Below are positions 33,019 through 42,189 of a stretch of DNA of 64,000 nucleotides, in pieces. The stretch comes from Dehalococcoidia bacterium (lineage in GTDB: Bacteria; Chloroflexota; Dehalococcoidia; Lucifugimonadales; UBA3495), in assembly GCA_022827095.1 (NCBI GenBank), contig JAJDTP010000011.1, positions 1,230-65,229 of the forward strand, written 5' to 3'. A program made the position numbers and the translations under genes. The notes beneath the pieces were generated by a model. It was not told where the DNA came from. It made no database searches and saw only the letters and a program-made list of their open reading frames with translations. Each line of letters begins with the position of its first letter. Position 1 is the stretch's first letter.

Positions 33019-33972
33019 TCAGAACCAGTTGGCTTTGTCGACCACATTGCGCAGTTCCCGACCCTCGTTGAAGCGTTTGCAGTTGTCGATGAACAACTCG
33101 GTGCGGCGGTCGTCCAGATAGGGCCCGTTGCCGGCCACGTGGGGCGTGATCAGCACGTTGGGCATGGTCCAGAGCGGGTGCCCTTCCGGAAGCGGTTCGA
33201 TTTGGAAGACATCCAGGCCGGCGCCGACCAGTTCACCGGCGCGCAACGCGTCCACCAGGTCGTCGAGGATCACGGTGGCTCCACGCCCGATGTTGATGAA
33301 GAACCCGGTGTTTTTCATGGCCCGGAACTGGTCGGAGCCGAACATGCCCTGGGTCTCCGGCGTTTCCGGCACGGTGACCACCACGAAGTCAGCCCGGGGC
33401 AGGACTTCCAGGAGGCGGTCCGGGCGGTGCAGCTCGGCAACGCCCGCGGTGGGAGCCGGGAGGCGGGGGTCCACGCCGAGCACGGTCATGCCGAACTCGG
33501 AACACAGCCGGGCCGTCTCGCCGCCGATGCCACCGACACCCACGACGGCGACGGTGGCTTCGGGCAGGTAGATGGTCGGGTAACCTTGTTGCCAGACGCC
33601 TGCCACCTGCTGGGGGATGTACACCTGCAACCCCCGTGCAAAGGCCAGCAGCAGGGACATGATGTGCGCGCTGATGTGGTCGTTATAGATCTCGCGAGTG
33701 TTGGTGACCACGACGTCGCTGTCGATCAACGAAGGGTGGTAGTAGCCGGCGCGGGGGCCGGCCTGCGGGCAGGCGATCCACTTGAGGTTGTCAGCCCGTT
33801 CCAGCAGTTCAGGCACGATATCGCCAAAAGCGGCGTCGGCATCGCCGATGACCTCCATGGCCTCGCCCACGGTCGGGCACAGGTGGACGTCGATATCCGG
33901 AATTTCCTCCTGGAGCCTCTGCGGCCAGTGCTCCTGGTAGTTGGGTGGGCAGATTACCAGCTTGAATGCCAT
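33019..33972 (-). CDS. D-isomer-specific 2-hydroxyacid dehydrogenase family protein
   Basis: Trimmed to ATG 33972 (MAFKLVI). Motifs: NAD motif VAVVGVGGIGGE, NIGRG and ITPHVAG. Confidence 0.85.
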   Translation of the reverse strand: MAFKLVICPPNYQEHWPQRLQEEIPDIDVHLCPTVGEAMEVIGDADAAFGDIVPELLERADNLKWIACPQAGPRAGYYHPSLIDSDVVVTNTREIYNDHISAHIMSLLLAFARGLQVYIPQQVAGVWQQGYPTIYLPEATVAVVGVGGIGGETARLCSEFGMTVLGVDPRLPAPTAGVAELHRPDRLLEVLPRADFVVVTVPETPETQGMFGSDQFRAMKNTGFFINIGRGATVILDDLVDALRAGELVGAGLDVFQIEPLPEGHPLWTMPNVLITPHVAGNGPYLDDRRTELFIDNCKRFNEGRELRNVVDKANWF

Positions 33973-34235
33973 AACAGCGCTCCTTTCGGCGGGGTACGGA
34001 TGCGACATTCTAGGCTGAACTGGTGATTGCGCAACACCACAACCCGCACCCACAGCACGCGAGCTCCGGGCAAAATTACCGTTCCTCAGAGAGTTTGTAG
34101 TACAGTAACCCAGCAAATATCCCCGGGGCTGTCGCTCGCGCAAATTTGAGCGGTTGGCCAGTGTGGGTTGATCACATCGTACCGGCCAACCAGCGGGTTT
34201 CGAACGAGGGCCATCACGTAAGGAAGGGAATAGAC

Positions 34236-35078
34236 ATGACCACTAATGGCAAGCCGGTCGCCGTCGTGATTGGGGCGACCTCCAAATGGCAGTCCGACGG
34301 CCGCAACACACAATTGATCCACGGTGGGGAAATCGACGACAGCGATCTGCCCGTCGGCGTGCGCTGGGGCGTGGGTGGAGCCGTCGCCCAGAAGTTCGCC
34401 CAGGAAGGTTTCCTCACGGTGCTGACCACGCGCAATGCCGCCAACGCGGCGCCGTTGCAGGCCGCCATCAACGAGCAGGGCGGCGACAGCACCATCGTGG
34501 AACTGGACCTGTCGATTCCCGAATCCATCTCGAACGCTTTCGCGCAGATCCGCGAGGAAGCCGGCGATCCGGACGTGCTGGTCTACAACGCGGGTTACAT
34601 CGACGGGCGTGACCTGCCGCCCGAAATGGAACTGCTGGAAAACACCCCCATCGAGGTGTTCGAGACCGCCCAGCACATTTCCAGCAGCGGCCCGTTCCTG
34701 GTCGCCAAGGAGGTGTTGCCCGCCATGCGCGAGCGCGGCGAGGGCACGATACTGATCTCCAACAACCCGTCGTCGCTGCGGGGACGGAAGCGGTATACCG
34801 GCCAGTCGCTGTACTACCCACGGGTAATGATGCGCACGCTGGCGCAGGTTCTGACCGAGGAATACTCCGAATTCGGCGTGCACGTTGCCAACGTGATCAT
34901 CGACGGGACCATCGACTCTCCGGGCACGCGGGCCACCCCACGCGCCCAGCAGAACCCGGAACTGCTGATCAACCCCGTCAAGATCGCGGAGGCTTTCTAC
35001 TACCTGTACACCCAGGACAAATCCTGCTGGACCCACGAACTCCAGCTGACCCCGTATCCCGTGAAGCCGGCCTTTTAG
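34236..35078 (+). CDS. SDR-fold oxidoreductase (atypical; canonical YxxxK not seen)
   Basis: ATG 34236. It has a Rossmann N-terminus (VAVVIGATSKW) plus VYNAG and GVHVANVIIDGTIDSP. The catalytic region reads LYYPRV rather than YxxxK. Confidence 0.65.
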   Translation: MTTNGKPVAVVIGATSKWQSDGRNTQLIHGGEIDDSDLPVGVRWGVGGAVAQKFAQEGFLTVLTTRNAANAAPLQAAINEQGGDSTIVELDLSIPESISNAFAQIREEAGDPDVLVYNAGYIDGRDLPPEMELLENTPIEVFETAQHISSSGPFLVAKEVLPAMRERGEGTILISNNPSSLRGRKRYTGQSLYYPRVMMRTLAQVLTEEYSEFGVHVANVIIDGTIDSPGTRATPRAQQNPELLINPVKIAEAFYYLYTQDKSCWTHELQLTPYPVKPAF

Positions 35079-35105
35079 GAGTAACTGTTCAGAATTCAGG
35101 AGGTT

Positions 35106-35213
35106 GTCATTGCGAGGCGCTTGCGCCGTGGCAATCTCGACACCATAGCAGCAAGCTCTGCCCTAAAGGACTCCCTTGCGCCAACGGGATTGCCGCGCTG
35201 CGCTCGCAATGAC
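35106..35213. repeat. MITE/REP-like palindromic element, family 2 (108 bp)
   Basis: The terminal inverted repeats GTCATTGCGAG (35106-35116) and CTCGCAATGAC (35203-35213) extend imperfectly to about 26-31 bp (..GGCAATC / GATTGCC..). The element is intergenic. Confidence 0.55.
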
Positions 35214-35296
35214 ACTTTCCTCGCAACTCTGAGCAGTTATTTAGGACCGTTTCAACGAGGACACAGAAGTCTGGACCAAATGCAAGGAGTAATCGG

Positions 35297-36361
35297 ATGG
35301 ATGTCGGAATGATGATGATCTTCTCCAGCTACGGCTGGGATGAAGGCTCGGACGGCCAGATGTGGGAGGAAGAGCTTCGCCTGGCCGAGATCGCGGCTGA
35401 CGAGGGCTTTGAGTGCCTCTGGTCGGCGGAGCACCATTTCAACGATTACTCCTTCGTGCCGGATAACCTGCAGCTGATGACCCACGTGGCTGCCAAGCAC
35501 TCCAACATCGACGTGGGTACGGCGGCGGTAATCCTGCCCTGGCACAACCCTCTGCGCGTCGCCGAGAATGCCGCCGTGCTGGACATGCTCAGTGGCGGCC
35601 GGCTTCGCCTGGGATTCGGGCGCGGATTGGCCCGCCGGGAGTTTGCGGCCTTCGGGTTGAGCATGGACGAGTCCCGGGAACGGTTCGACGAGGCGGCGCC
35701 CATGATCGTCGATGCCCTGAAGACCGGCTTCATCCAGGGCAGTGGAAAGTTCTATCCCCAGGAACGGACCGAAATCCGTCCTCGTCCGCAGCACTCTTTC
35801 GACGGACGGATTTACGCCGTCGCCGCCAGCGACGAATCGGTGCTCTCCGCGGCCAAGCTCGGTGCGCATATCATCATGTTCGCCGACCGGCCCTGGGAAA
35901 TGCGGATGCCGGGCATCGAGCGCGGCCGTGCCCTGCATCGCGAGTTTCACGGCACCGAGCCGCCGGCTCTGATGCTATCCGAGTTCGTTATCTGCGGCAC
36001 CGATCTGGAACAGTGCGAGCAGGAAGCCCGCCAGTACCAGGGTAAATTCGTCGAGAGCAACTTCTACCACTACGAATTTCTGGGCGACCACTTCGCGTCG
36101 GTGAAAGGCTACGACGCCTATCAACAGAAGGCCGAAATCGCCCGTTCCGCCGGGCTCGAAGGGGCTGTCGAGGGGTTCATGAAGGCGGCCAGCTGGGGTA
36201 CGCCCGACAAAATCCTGCGCGGCCTCGAGGACCGGAAGGCGTTGTTGGGAGATTTCGAGCTGAACGTCGCCTTCCGCTTCGGCGGCACGCCCATGGACGT
36301 TGCCGAGCGCGGCCTGAAGCTCTTTGCCAAAGAGGTGCTGCCCGTTCTGAAGTCCTGGTAG
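35297..36361 (+). CDS. luciferase-like monooxygenase (LLM), paralog 2
   Basis: 354 aa. Motifs: GFECLWSAEHHFNDYS, LPWHNPLRVAENAAVLDMLSGGRLRLGFGRG. Confidence 0.85.
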   Translation: MDVGMMMIFSSYGWDEGSDGQMWEEELRLAEIAADEGFECLWSAEHHFNDYSFVPDNLQLMTHVAAKHSNIDVGTAAVILPWHNPLRVAENAAVLDMLSGGRLRLGFGRGLARREFAAFGLSMDESRERFDEAAPMIVDALKTGFIQGSGKFYPQERTEIRPRPQHSFDGRIYAVAASDESVLSAAKLGAHIIMFADRPWEMRMPGIERGRALHREFHGTEPPALMLSEFVICGTDLEQCEQEARQYQGKFVESNFYHYEFLGDHFASVKGYDAYQQKAEIARSAGLEGAVEGFMKAASWGTPDKILRGLEDRKALLGDFELNVAFRFGGTPMDVAERGLKLFAKEVLPVLKSW

Positions 36362-36386
36362 CGGGCAGAACAGGTCGCTAGATTTG

Positions 36387-36416
36387 CGCCTCGGCGGATT
36401 ACCCGCCGAGGCGTTT
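36387..36416. terminator. perfect 11-bp hairpin plus T-run
   Basis: CGCCTCGGCGG-attac-CCGCCGAGGCG-ttt, 26 nt after the LLM stop. The T-run abuts the stop of the convergent gene at 36416. Confidence 0.6.
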
Positions 36417-38194
36417 CACTGAGTTGACCAGGGACAGGAGCGGGCCATATCACGAACGCCCTGGGCTGTCGTGATCGGGGCGAGGCAACGTTCGCCCATG
36501 CATGCGTAGAGTGCGGCCTCGCGGCGCGGCGGGAACCCCAATCCGCGTATCCGCTGGGCGTCGCGCTCGATGTCCAGCGGCTGCACCACCTTGTGCGGGG
36601 CGGGGGTACGCAAGGCCGCCTGGGGTAATGGCCGATACGATGGGTCGGATGCGTCGCCCACTATTACCAGGCTGACCGGGCCGTGGGTCAGCAGGCTCTT
36701 GGCCCGACCCCAGGCCGCGCCGGCCGGCAGGAACAGTGCTTCCTCGTCCTCCTCCATCCGACGCGAGGCGTGGTCGCCCAGGTAGCTCTTGCCGGGTACG
36801 ACCGGCTCGACTATTCGCAATGCCGCGGCGGCACGGTCCGCGTACGCGGTCTCGCCGGTCAGGTGCGACAGGACCAGTAGCGCCTCCGCCCAGCAGCTGT
36901 TGTCCAACACCGGCTGTTCGCGGCGCAGAAACCCGGCCTCAAAGGATTGCGGCGGTGGCGTGTCGTAGCATCCACTCCCCGGCGCGCCGAAAATGCGTTC
37001 CGTAGTATCGGCGACCTCGACCGCCCGGTTCAGGTGTTCCAGCCGACCCGTGGACTGGTACCGGGCCAGCCAGGCTCGAAGGAAATAGACCTGGTCGATG
37101 AGTGTGGTGGCCGCGCCGTCGGTGCCGCCGACTCGGCGGGACAGGCCACCTGCGGTGCTCCAACTCCCTTGCCATAACGTGTCCAGGATGTCGGCTCCTA
37201 AACGGCGGTGAGAGGCGTGGTTCAATACGTCGGCCACTCGGATCAGGGCTTGGGCGGCCAGAGCGTTCCAACCGGCGTAGAGGGTGCGATCAAGGGGCGG
37301 AACAGTGCCCTGGTCCCGGTCCTTCCACGACCCTTGATAGAAAGGCTCGTCGGCGTCCTGGCTGGCGAAGAACATTCCATCTTCCTGGCTGAACAAGGTG
37401 GTCAGGAGAAAGTCGAGGATGCCGTCAGCCGCAGTCCTGTACAGCGCTTTGCGGGTGATTTGGAACGCTTCCAGGTAGGCCATCGCCAGGTTGGAGTTCG
37501 TGACCAGCATCTTCTCGTAGTGCGGCACCTTCCAGTCCCGGCTGACCGCGTACCGGAAAAACCCCTGGTCCTTGGGGTCGTAGATGCCGTGCCACATGCC
37601 CTGGAGGGTGGTTTCGACCATTGCCAGCAGGGCGCGGTCGCCAGTCAGGCCGTTGCGGGCGGTGAGGAACCCCAGCGCTTCCCACGGGGGCTGCTTGGGT
37701 TCCACGCCGAATCCGCCAAACTCGGCGTCATAAAGTTCCTCTAGCCGGCCCAGCACCGCATCCACCGTGGCGCCGGTTTCGCCGCTGGTCGTCGGCCGGG
37801 TTTCGGTTGATGGACGGGGTTGTTCGCCCACGAATTCGCCGCTGGATATCTGTTCCAGCAGGGCAGCCATCTCGTCTGCCGGGGTATAGGGCCGGCCGGC
37901 CAGCAGTTCTCCGTCCGGTGTCAAGACGGCCACGGAGGGGTAGGTGCCCTGGTTGTAGCGCAGCGAGATGTCCGGCCGCTGGTCAACGTCCACGCGGACC
38001 GGGATGAACCGGGAGTTAGCCAGGTCGATCACCCGTGGATCGGAATAGGCGATCTCGTCCATCACGTGACACCAGTGGCACCAGGTAGCGCCCAAGGTCA
38101 GCAGCACCGGCTTGTCCTCGGACCGCGCGGCGTCAAAGGCGTCCTCGCTCCAGTCGCGCCAGGCGATGGCGTGCTCGCCGTGAGACTGGCTCAT
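36416..38194 (-). CDS. thioredoxin-domain protein, DUF255/YyaL (SSP411-like) family
   Basis: 592 aa. The N-terminal thioredoxin-like domain carries GATWCHWCHVM and is followed by a long helical (alpha/alpha toroid-like) region. Confidence 0.85.
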   Translation of the reverse strand: MSQSHGEHAIAWRDWSEDAFDAARSEDKPVLLTLGATWCHWCHVMDEIAYSDPRVIDLANSRFIPVRVDVDQRPDISLRYNQGTYPSVAVLTPDGELLAGRPYTPADEMAALLEQISSGEFVGEQPRPSTETRPTTSGETGATVDAVLGRLEELYDAEFGGFGVEPKQPPWEALGFLTARNGLTGDRALLAMVETTLQGMWHGIYDPKDQGFFRYAVSRDWKVPHYEKMLVTNSNLAMAYLEAFQITRKALYRTAADGILDFLLTTLFSQEDGMFFASQDADEPFYQGSWKDRDQGTVPPLDRTLYAGWNALAAQALIRVADVLNHASHRRLGADILDTLWQGSWSTAGGLSRRVGGTDGAATTLIDQVYFLRAWLARYQSTGRLEHLNRAVEVADTTERIFGAPGSGCYDTPPPQSFEAGFLRREQPVLDNSCWAEALLVLSHLTGETAYADRAAAALRIVEPVVPGKSYLGDHASRRMEEDEEALFLPAGAAWGRAKSLLTHGPVSLVIVGDASDPSYRPLPQAALRTPAPHKVVQPLDIERDAQRIRGLGFPPRREAALYACMGERCLAPITTAQGVRDMARSCPWSTQ

Positions 38195-38244
38195 CCCTTT
38201 ACCTCCCGGCGTGGAGCCGATGTGCGTTCATTGAGGATCAACCG

Positions 38245-38982
38245 TTACTGTTTCAGGTGCCGGTCGTAGAACAGCAGGACCCGGTGCCACATGTCCTGGG
38301 CCGGGACGGCCCGGTAGCTGGGCCGGTAGTCGGCGAAGAACGCGTGGCCGGCGTTGTTGTACATCACCCACTCGTAGGTCTTGCCGTGCTGATCCAGCAG
38401 GGCCTTCATTTGCTCGGCCTGTTCCGCAGTGGGGTTTTCGTCCTCCACGCCGAATAACGCCAGCAGCGGGCATGCCAGGTCGGGGACCATGTCCATGGGT
38501 TGAACCGGACGCAATTCGGTGGGCTCGTGCACGATATGGCCGCCGGCGGAGTCCACCGCCGCGTTGATGTTGGCGCTGGTGCATGCCATCATCAGCGTGT
38601 AGCGGCCGCCGGAGCAGAACCCGATGATGCCCACCCTACCGTTGCAGTCGGCCTGGGACTTGAGGAACAGCGCGGCACCTTCCAGATCATCCATGGCGCG
38701 GGAGTCGGGCGATGCGAATAGAGTGGCCAGAACGTTTTCCGGTTCCGGCGTGCCCTCCCGGGTGTAAAGGTCCGGCGCGATTGCCAGGTAGCCCTGGCCG
38801 GCGAAACGCACCGCGATGTCCTTGTGGTGGTCCATCAGCCCCATGCCTTCCATGGTGACGATGACGCCGGGGTAGGAGCCGGCGCCCACCGGACGACTGT
38901 AGAACGCATCGATCGTCGTGCCGTCGCGGCTGGTGTACTGGATCGTGCCGGTTTCGAGTTCTTGTCCAACGAGTACCATCAT
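38245..38982 (-). CDS. dienelactone hydrolase family protein
   Basis: 245 aa. Motifs: GVIVTMEGMGL, GYLAIAPDLY, nucleophile elbow GIIGFCSGG and NAGHAF. Confidence 0.8.
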   Translation of the reverse strand: MMVLVGQELETGTIQYTSRDGTTIDAFYSRPVGAGSYPGVIVTMEGMGLMDHHKDIAVRFAGQGYLAIAPDLYTREGTPEPENVLATLFASPDSRAMDDLEGAALFLKSQADCNGRVGIIGFCSGGRYTLMMACTSANINAAVDSAGGHIVHEPTELRPVQPMDMVPDLACPLLALFGVEDENPTAEQAEQMKALLDQHGKTYEWVMYNNAGHAFFADYRPSYRAVPAQDMWHRVLLFYDRHLKQ

Positions 38983-39082
38983 CTACCTCCGCGAGTGGGT
39001 GTGATTGCGAGCGCCCCCGGCAACTCGCCGGAGGCGCCCGCCTGGGAGCAGGGTGATTGTTGTCGGGCGGACGCGGCGGCGT

Positions 39083-39838
39083 CTAGCCCGCGTCGTCAAG
39101 CAGGGACAGCTTTTCTTGGAACAGGTCGACGGCTTTTTCTTCGGGCACGCCCATGAAGAACCGCATGCCCTGCACGTACTCGAGCACTTCACGGGGCAGC
39201 ATCAACAGATCGTTGCGGGGCCCGGTCGACTTGTAGAGGTTGTTCATCCAATCCTCCTGGCCGACGAAAAGGGCGTCCTGCAATACGAGGAAATCCTGCC
39301 TTTCCATGCCCTCTCGGACCAGCCAGCGGGAGAAGACGAAGGGAAGGCCGGTCCACTCTCCCCAATCTTCGCCGAGATCGAGCCGGACGGGGTACCCCCG
39401 CACGGCGCGGCGCCCGCGCAGTCCCTGGTTGCCGGTGAGGAAAACCGCGTCGTGCTCGTCGTCCCGGCCCACGAATGTCGTCCCGCTCACGCCATGTTTC
39501 TGGGTCAACAGCACGCGGAGGAGTTGCATCCCGGTTGGATCGGGGTCGTCCACTGCTATGGAGCGGTTGCTGAGCTCGTCGACGGGAGATTTGGAGAGCA
39601 ACACGCTGGACGGCGCCCGGGTCACCGACGCGACGCAGAATCCGGAGATGGTTGAAGTCTGCGACGCCAACCGCTCGATCTCCAGCAACGACACTGGCCC
39701 GGCGTCCACTTCGCCCTGCTCCAGGGCGCCCGCAACCTCGCTGGGCTCCATGGGGACCAGGACGATTCCCCGGCGTTCCATGTCGAAGTAGAACGCTTCA
39801 CACTCCAGGTTGGGTATATGGGCTACGGTAATGGGCAT
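39083..39838 (-). CDS. MqnA/MqnD (VitK2_biosynth, periplasmic-binding-fold)-like protein
   Basis: 251 aa. The N-terminus ITVAHIPNLECEAFYF and GEVDAGPVSLLE resemble futalosine-pathway MqnA/MqnD proteins. The assignment is tentative. Confidence 0.5.
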   Translation of the reverse strand: MPITVAHIPNLECEAFYFDMERRGIVLVPMEPSEVAGALEQGEVDAGPVSLLEIERLASQTSTISGFCVASVTRAPSSVLLSKSPVDELSNRSIAVDDPDPTGMQLLRVLLTQKHGVSGTTFVGRDDEHDAVFLTGNQGLRGRRAVRGYPVRLDLGEDWGEWTGLPFVFSRWLVREGMERQDFLVLQDALFVGQEDWMNNLYKSTGPRNDLLMLPREVLEYVQGMRFFMGVPEEKAVDLFQEKLSLLDDAG

Positions 39839-39983
39839 GGCTCGGGCCGCCTCCTGAGATCGTATGGGCGCTGGTCAAACCTATTATCACGCGACGGGGC
39901 CTCCGTCCAGCACGAACCGCCGGTCAAACCGGTGGTGGTCCGGCCGGAGCGGAGGCCCCAGCGCTATCCGGTGCCGTCAGGCT

Positions 39984-41018
39984 TTACAGGCGCGGCCCCA
40001 TGAACATGGGGGACTGCTTCTGATAGACCTGGATGCGGTTGCGCGGACCCTCGCAGACGAACACCCGGTTGGCGTCGTCCACTGCGACGCCGGTGGGCGC
40101 CCAGAAGTCTCGCTCTCGCTCGAGGTTGGGCGCTCGCTCGCGCTCGCCCCACATCTCGGGGTTGGCGTCCAGCTTGTCCTTGCCCCACTTGGAGACGGTG
40201 GCTTCGCCGGTCTTCGAGCCGCAGAAGTTGCCGTCCGGATCGAAGATCTGCAGACGGTCGTTCAGCCAGTCAGCGACGTAGATGATTCCGTCCCGGTCTA
40301 CCGCAACGTCGGCGGGTCGATTGAACTCGCCGTCGCCGGACCCGGAGGACCCGAACTTCATCAGGAAGTCGCCCGACGGGCTGAACTTCTGGATGCGGTC
40401 GTTGCGCCAGTCGGCGATGTAGATGTTCCCCTGGCTGTCGATGTCGATGCCCCAGGGCTGGTCCAACTCGCCGTCACCGTCGCCGTGGCTCCCGAACTTC
40501 GTCAGGAACTGGCCGTCGGGGGTGAATTTCTGGACGCGGTGGTTGTTCCCGTCAACGACCCAGACATTGTCGTCCGCGTCGACGGCCAAGCCGGCCGGCC
40601 GGTCCAGCTGGCCGTCACCGCTGCCGATGTTCTCCTCCCACTTGCCGATAAACTCGCCGTCGCGGGTGAACTTGGAGATGCGGTGGAGCCACTCGTCGGA
40701 TACGTAGACGGTGCCGTCGCTGGCGATGGCAACGTTGACCGGCCAGACCAGAGAGCCATCCTCGAAGTTGTATTCGTGGGGGCCCTGCTGGGGTACGCCA
40801 CGGGCGAAGGCGTTGACGTATTCCTCGTCCACGGTGCAGACGGTGATACGCGTGCCTTCCGGCCGGTACTCGGAGGACCGGCACAGGACGTACATCAGGT
40901 CGTCCTCGCCCCGGGCCATGTGGATCGGATAGGTGAAACCAGGTCCGAACTGCTCGCCACGACCGATGGTGTGGCTATATTGCAGTTGGACGTGGGAAAT
41001 TCTCTGAGCTACAACCAT
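39984..41018 (-). CDS. NHL-repeat beta-propeller protein
   Basis: 344 aa with about six repeats of the form GDGxLxxPxGxAVDxDxNxxVxDxxNxRxQKF. No signal peptide is seen. Confidence 0.8.
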   Translation of the reverse strand: MVVAQRISHVQLQYSHTIGRGEQFGPGFTYPIHMARGEDDLMYVLCRSSEYRPEGTRITVCTVDEEYVNAFARGVPQQGPHEYNFEDGSLVWPVNVAIASDGTVYVSDEWLHRISKFTRDGEFIGKWEENIGSGDGQLDRPAGLAVDADDNVWVVDGNNHRVQKFTPDGQFLTKFGSHGDGDGELDQPWGIDIDSQGNIYIADWRNDRIQKFSPSGDFLMKFGSSGSGDGEFNRPADVAVDRDGIIYVADWLNDRLQIFDPDGNFCGSKTGEATVSKWGKDKLDANPEMWGERERAPNLERERDFWAPTGVAVDDANRVFVCEGPRNRIQVYQKQSPMFMGPRL

Positions 41019-41039
41019 AATCGTCTTCCCTCCACCGGG

Positions 41040-42173
41040 CTAAATGAAGTCCATCTGCTCGAAGGAACCATTCACGATGGGCTGGGCGTCCAGACCCATG
41101 TGCTTCTCAAGCAGCGTGGAGTACAGGCCACGGAAGTCGTTGTTGTAGTGGAGGTCGCCCTCCAGCAACTTGTTGTCTTCCAGCGACGGATACTCGCCGT
41201 AGAGGCCACCGTTCACGTTCTCGCCGACGAGGAACGCAACGCCGCCCGAACCGTGGTCGGTGCCGGAACCATTGTCATGGACGCGGCGGCCGAACTCGGT
41301 GAACACCAGCAGTACGACTTCGTCGCCAGCATTGTGTTCCTTCAGGTCGTCGTAGAAGTCAGCGACGGCGTGGGACGTTTCCGTCCACAGGCGGGTGTGG
41401 TTGGCCAGTTCGCCGGCGTGGGTGTCGAAGCTGTTGTACGGCGCGGTCGTGTAGAACACGCGGGTGCCGAAGCCGGCCAGGTGCGTCTGCGCGATGTTGC
41501 GCATGTACTGGGCGACCGTGTCGTTCCCGTATTCCACCGAGGAGGAATACATCTGGGGAGCGGTGCTCAGGATATCGGCGCCTTCCAGCGCGTCCAGGCC
41601 GGTCTGGGCGAAGTAGTCCAGCACCGGGCCCTGGCCCAGCATTGGTGAGTAGACGCGTGAGAACACGTCCAGAGCCTTGGTGCGCTGTTCCTCGATCTCG
41701 ATGCCCGTGAGCACGCCGTAGGTCTCGAGGTTGCCCACCGAGGCGACGGGCACGCCCGGGGCCACCAGGGCACGGGGGAGCCCGCGACCGAAGTTGACGC
41801 CGGTCAGCACGTTTTCCTTCCCCGGGTCCAGGTCGCGGACGGCGCGGCCCAGCCAGCCTTCGTCACCGACCTTGTCGGGCTCGCAGGTGTGCCAGATGTC
41901 CATGGACCGGAAGTGGGAGCGGCTGGGAGTGGGATAGCCCACGCCCTGGATGATGGCTACCTTGCCCTCATCGTACAGCCGCTTCATCGGCCCCATGGCC
42001 GGGTTGAAGCCGATGCGGTCGTTGATGGGCAGAACCTGGTCAACAGGTATCCGCACGTTGGGCCGGTTGTCCAGATACAGGGGATCGCCGTAAGGAACGA
42101 TCGTGTTCAGGGCGTCGTTGCCCCCCGACAACTGGAGGACCACCAGCACCGGATCTTTCTTGGTGGATGTCAT
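41040..42173 (-). CDS. DUF1501 (sulfatase/alkaline phosphatase-like) family protein
   Basis: 377 aa. Motifs: VVLQLSGGNDALNT, GVGYPTPSRSHFRSMDIW, TEFGRRVHDNGSGTDHG. The frame begins directly with the conserved core, with no Tat or Sec signal. Confidence 0.85.
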   Translation of the reverse strand: MTSTKKDPVLVVLQLSGGNDALNTIVPYGDPLYLDNRPNVRIPVDQVLPINDRIGFNPAMGPMKRLYDEGKVAIIQGVGYPTPSRSHFRSMDIWHTCEPDKVGDEGWLGRAVRDLDPGKENVLTGVNFGRGLPRALVAPGVPVASVGNLETYGVLTGIEIEEQRTKALDVFSRVYSPMLGQGPVLDYFAQTGLDALEGADILSTAPQMYSSSVEYGNDTVAQYMRNIAQTHLAGFGTRVFYTTAPYNSFDTHAGELANHTRLWTETSHAVADFYDDLKEHNAGDEVVLLVFTEFGRRVHDNGSGTDHGSGGVAFLVGENVNGGLYGEYPSLEDNKLLEGDLHYNNDFRGLYSTLLEKHMGLDAQPIVNGSFEQMDFI

Positions 42174-42189
42174 TTCATTCCCCCTTTTG

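Noticed and set aside
39864-41648. 594-aa ORF on the plus strand
   Set aside because: It runs antisense to the NHL-repeat and DUF1501 genes, has low-complexity composition and matches no family pattern.
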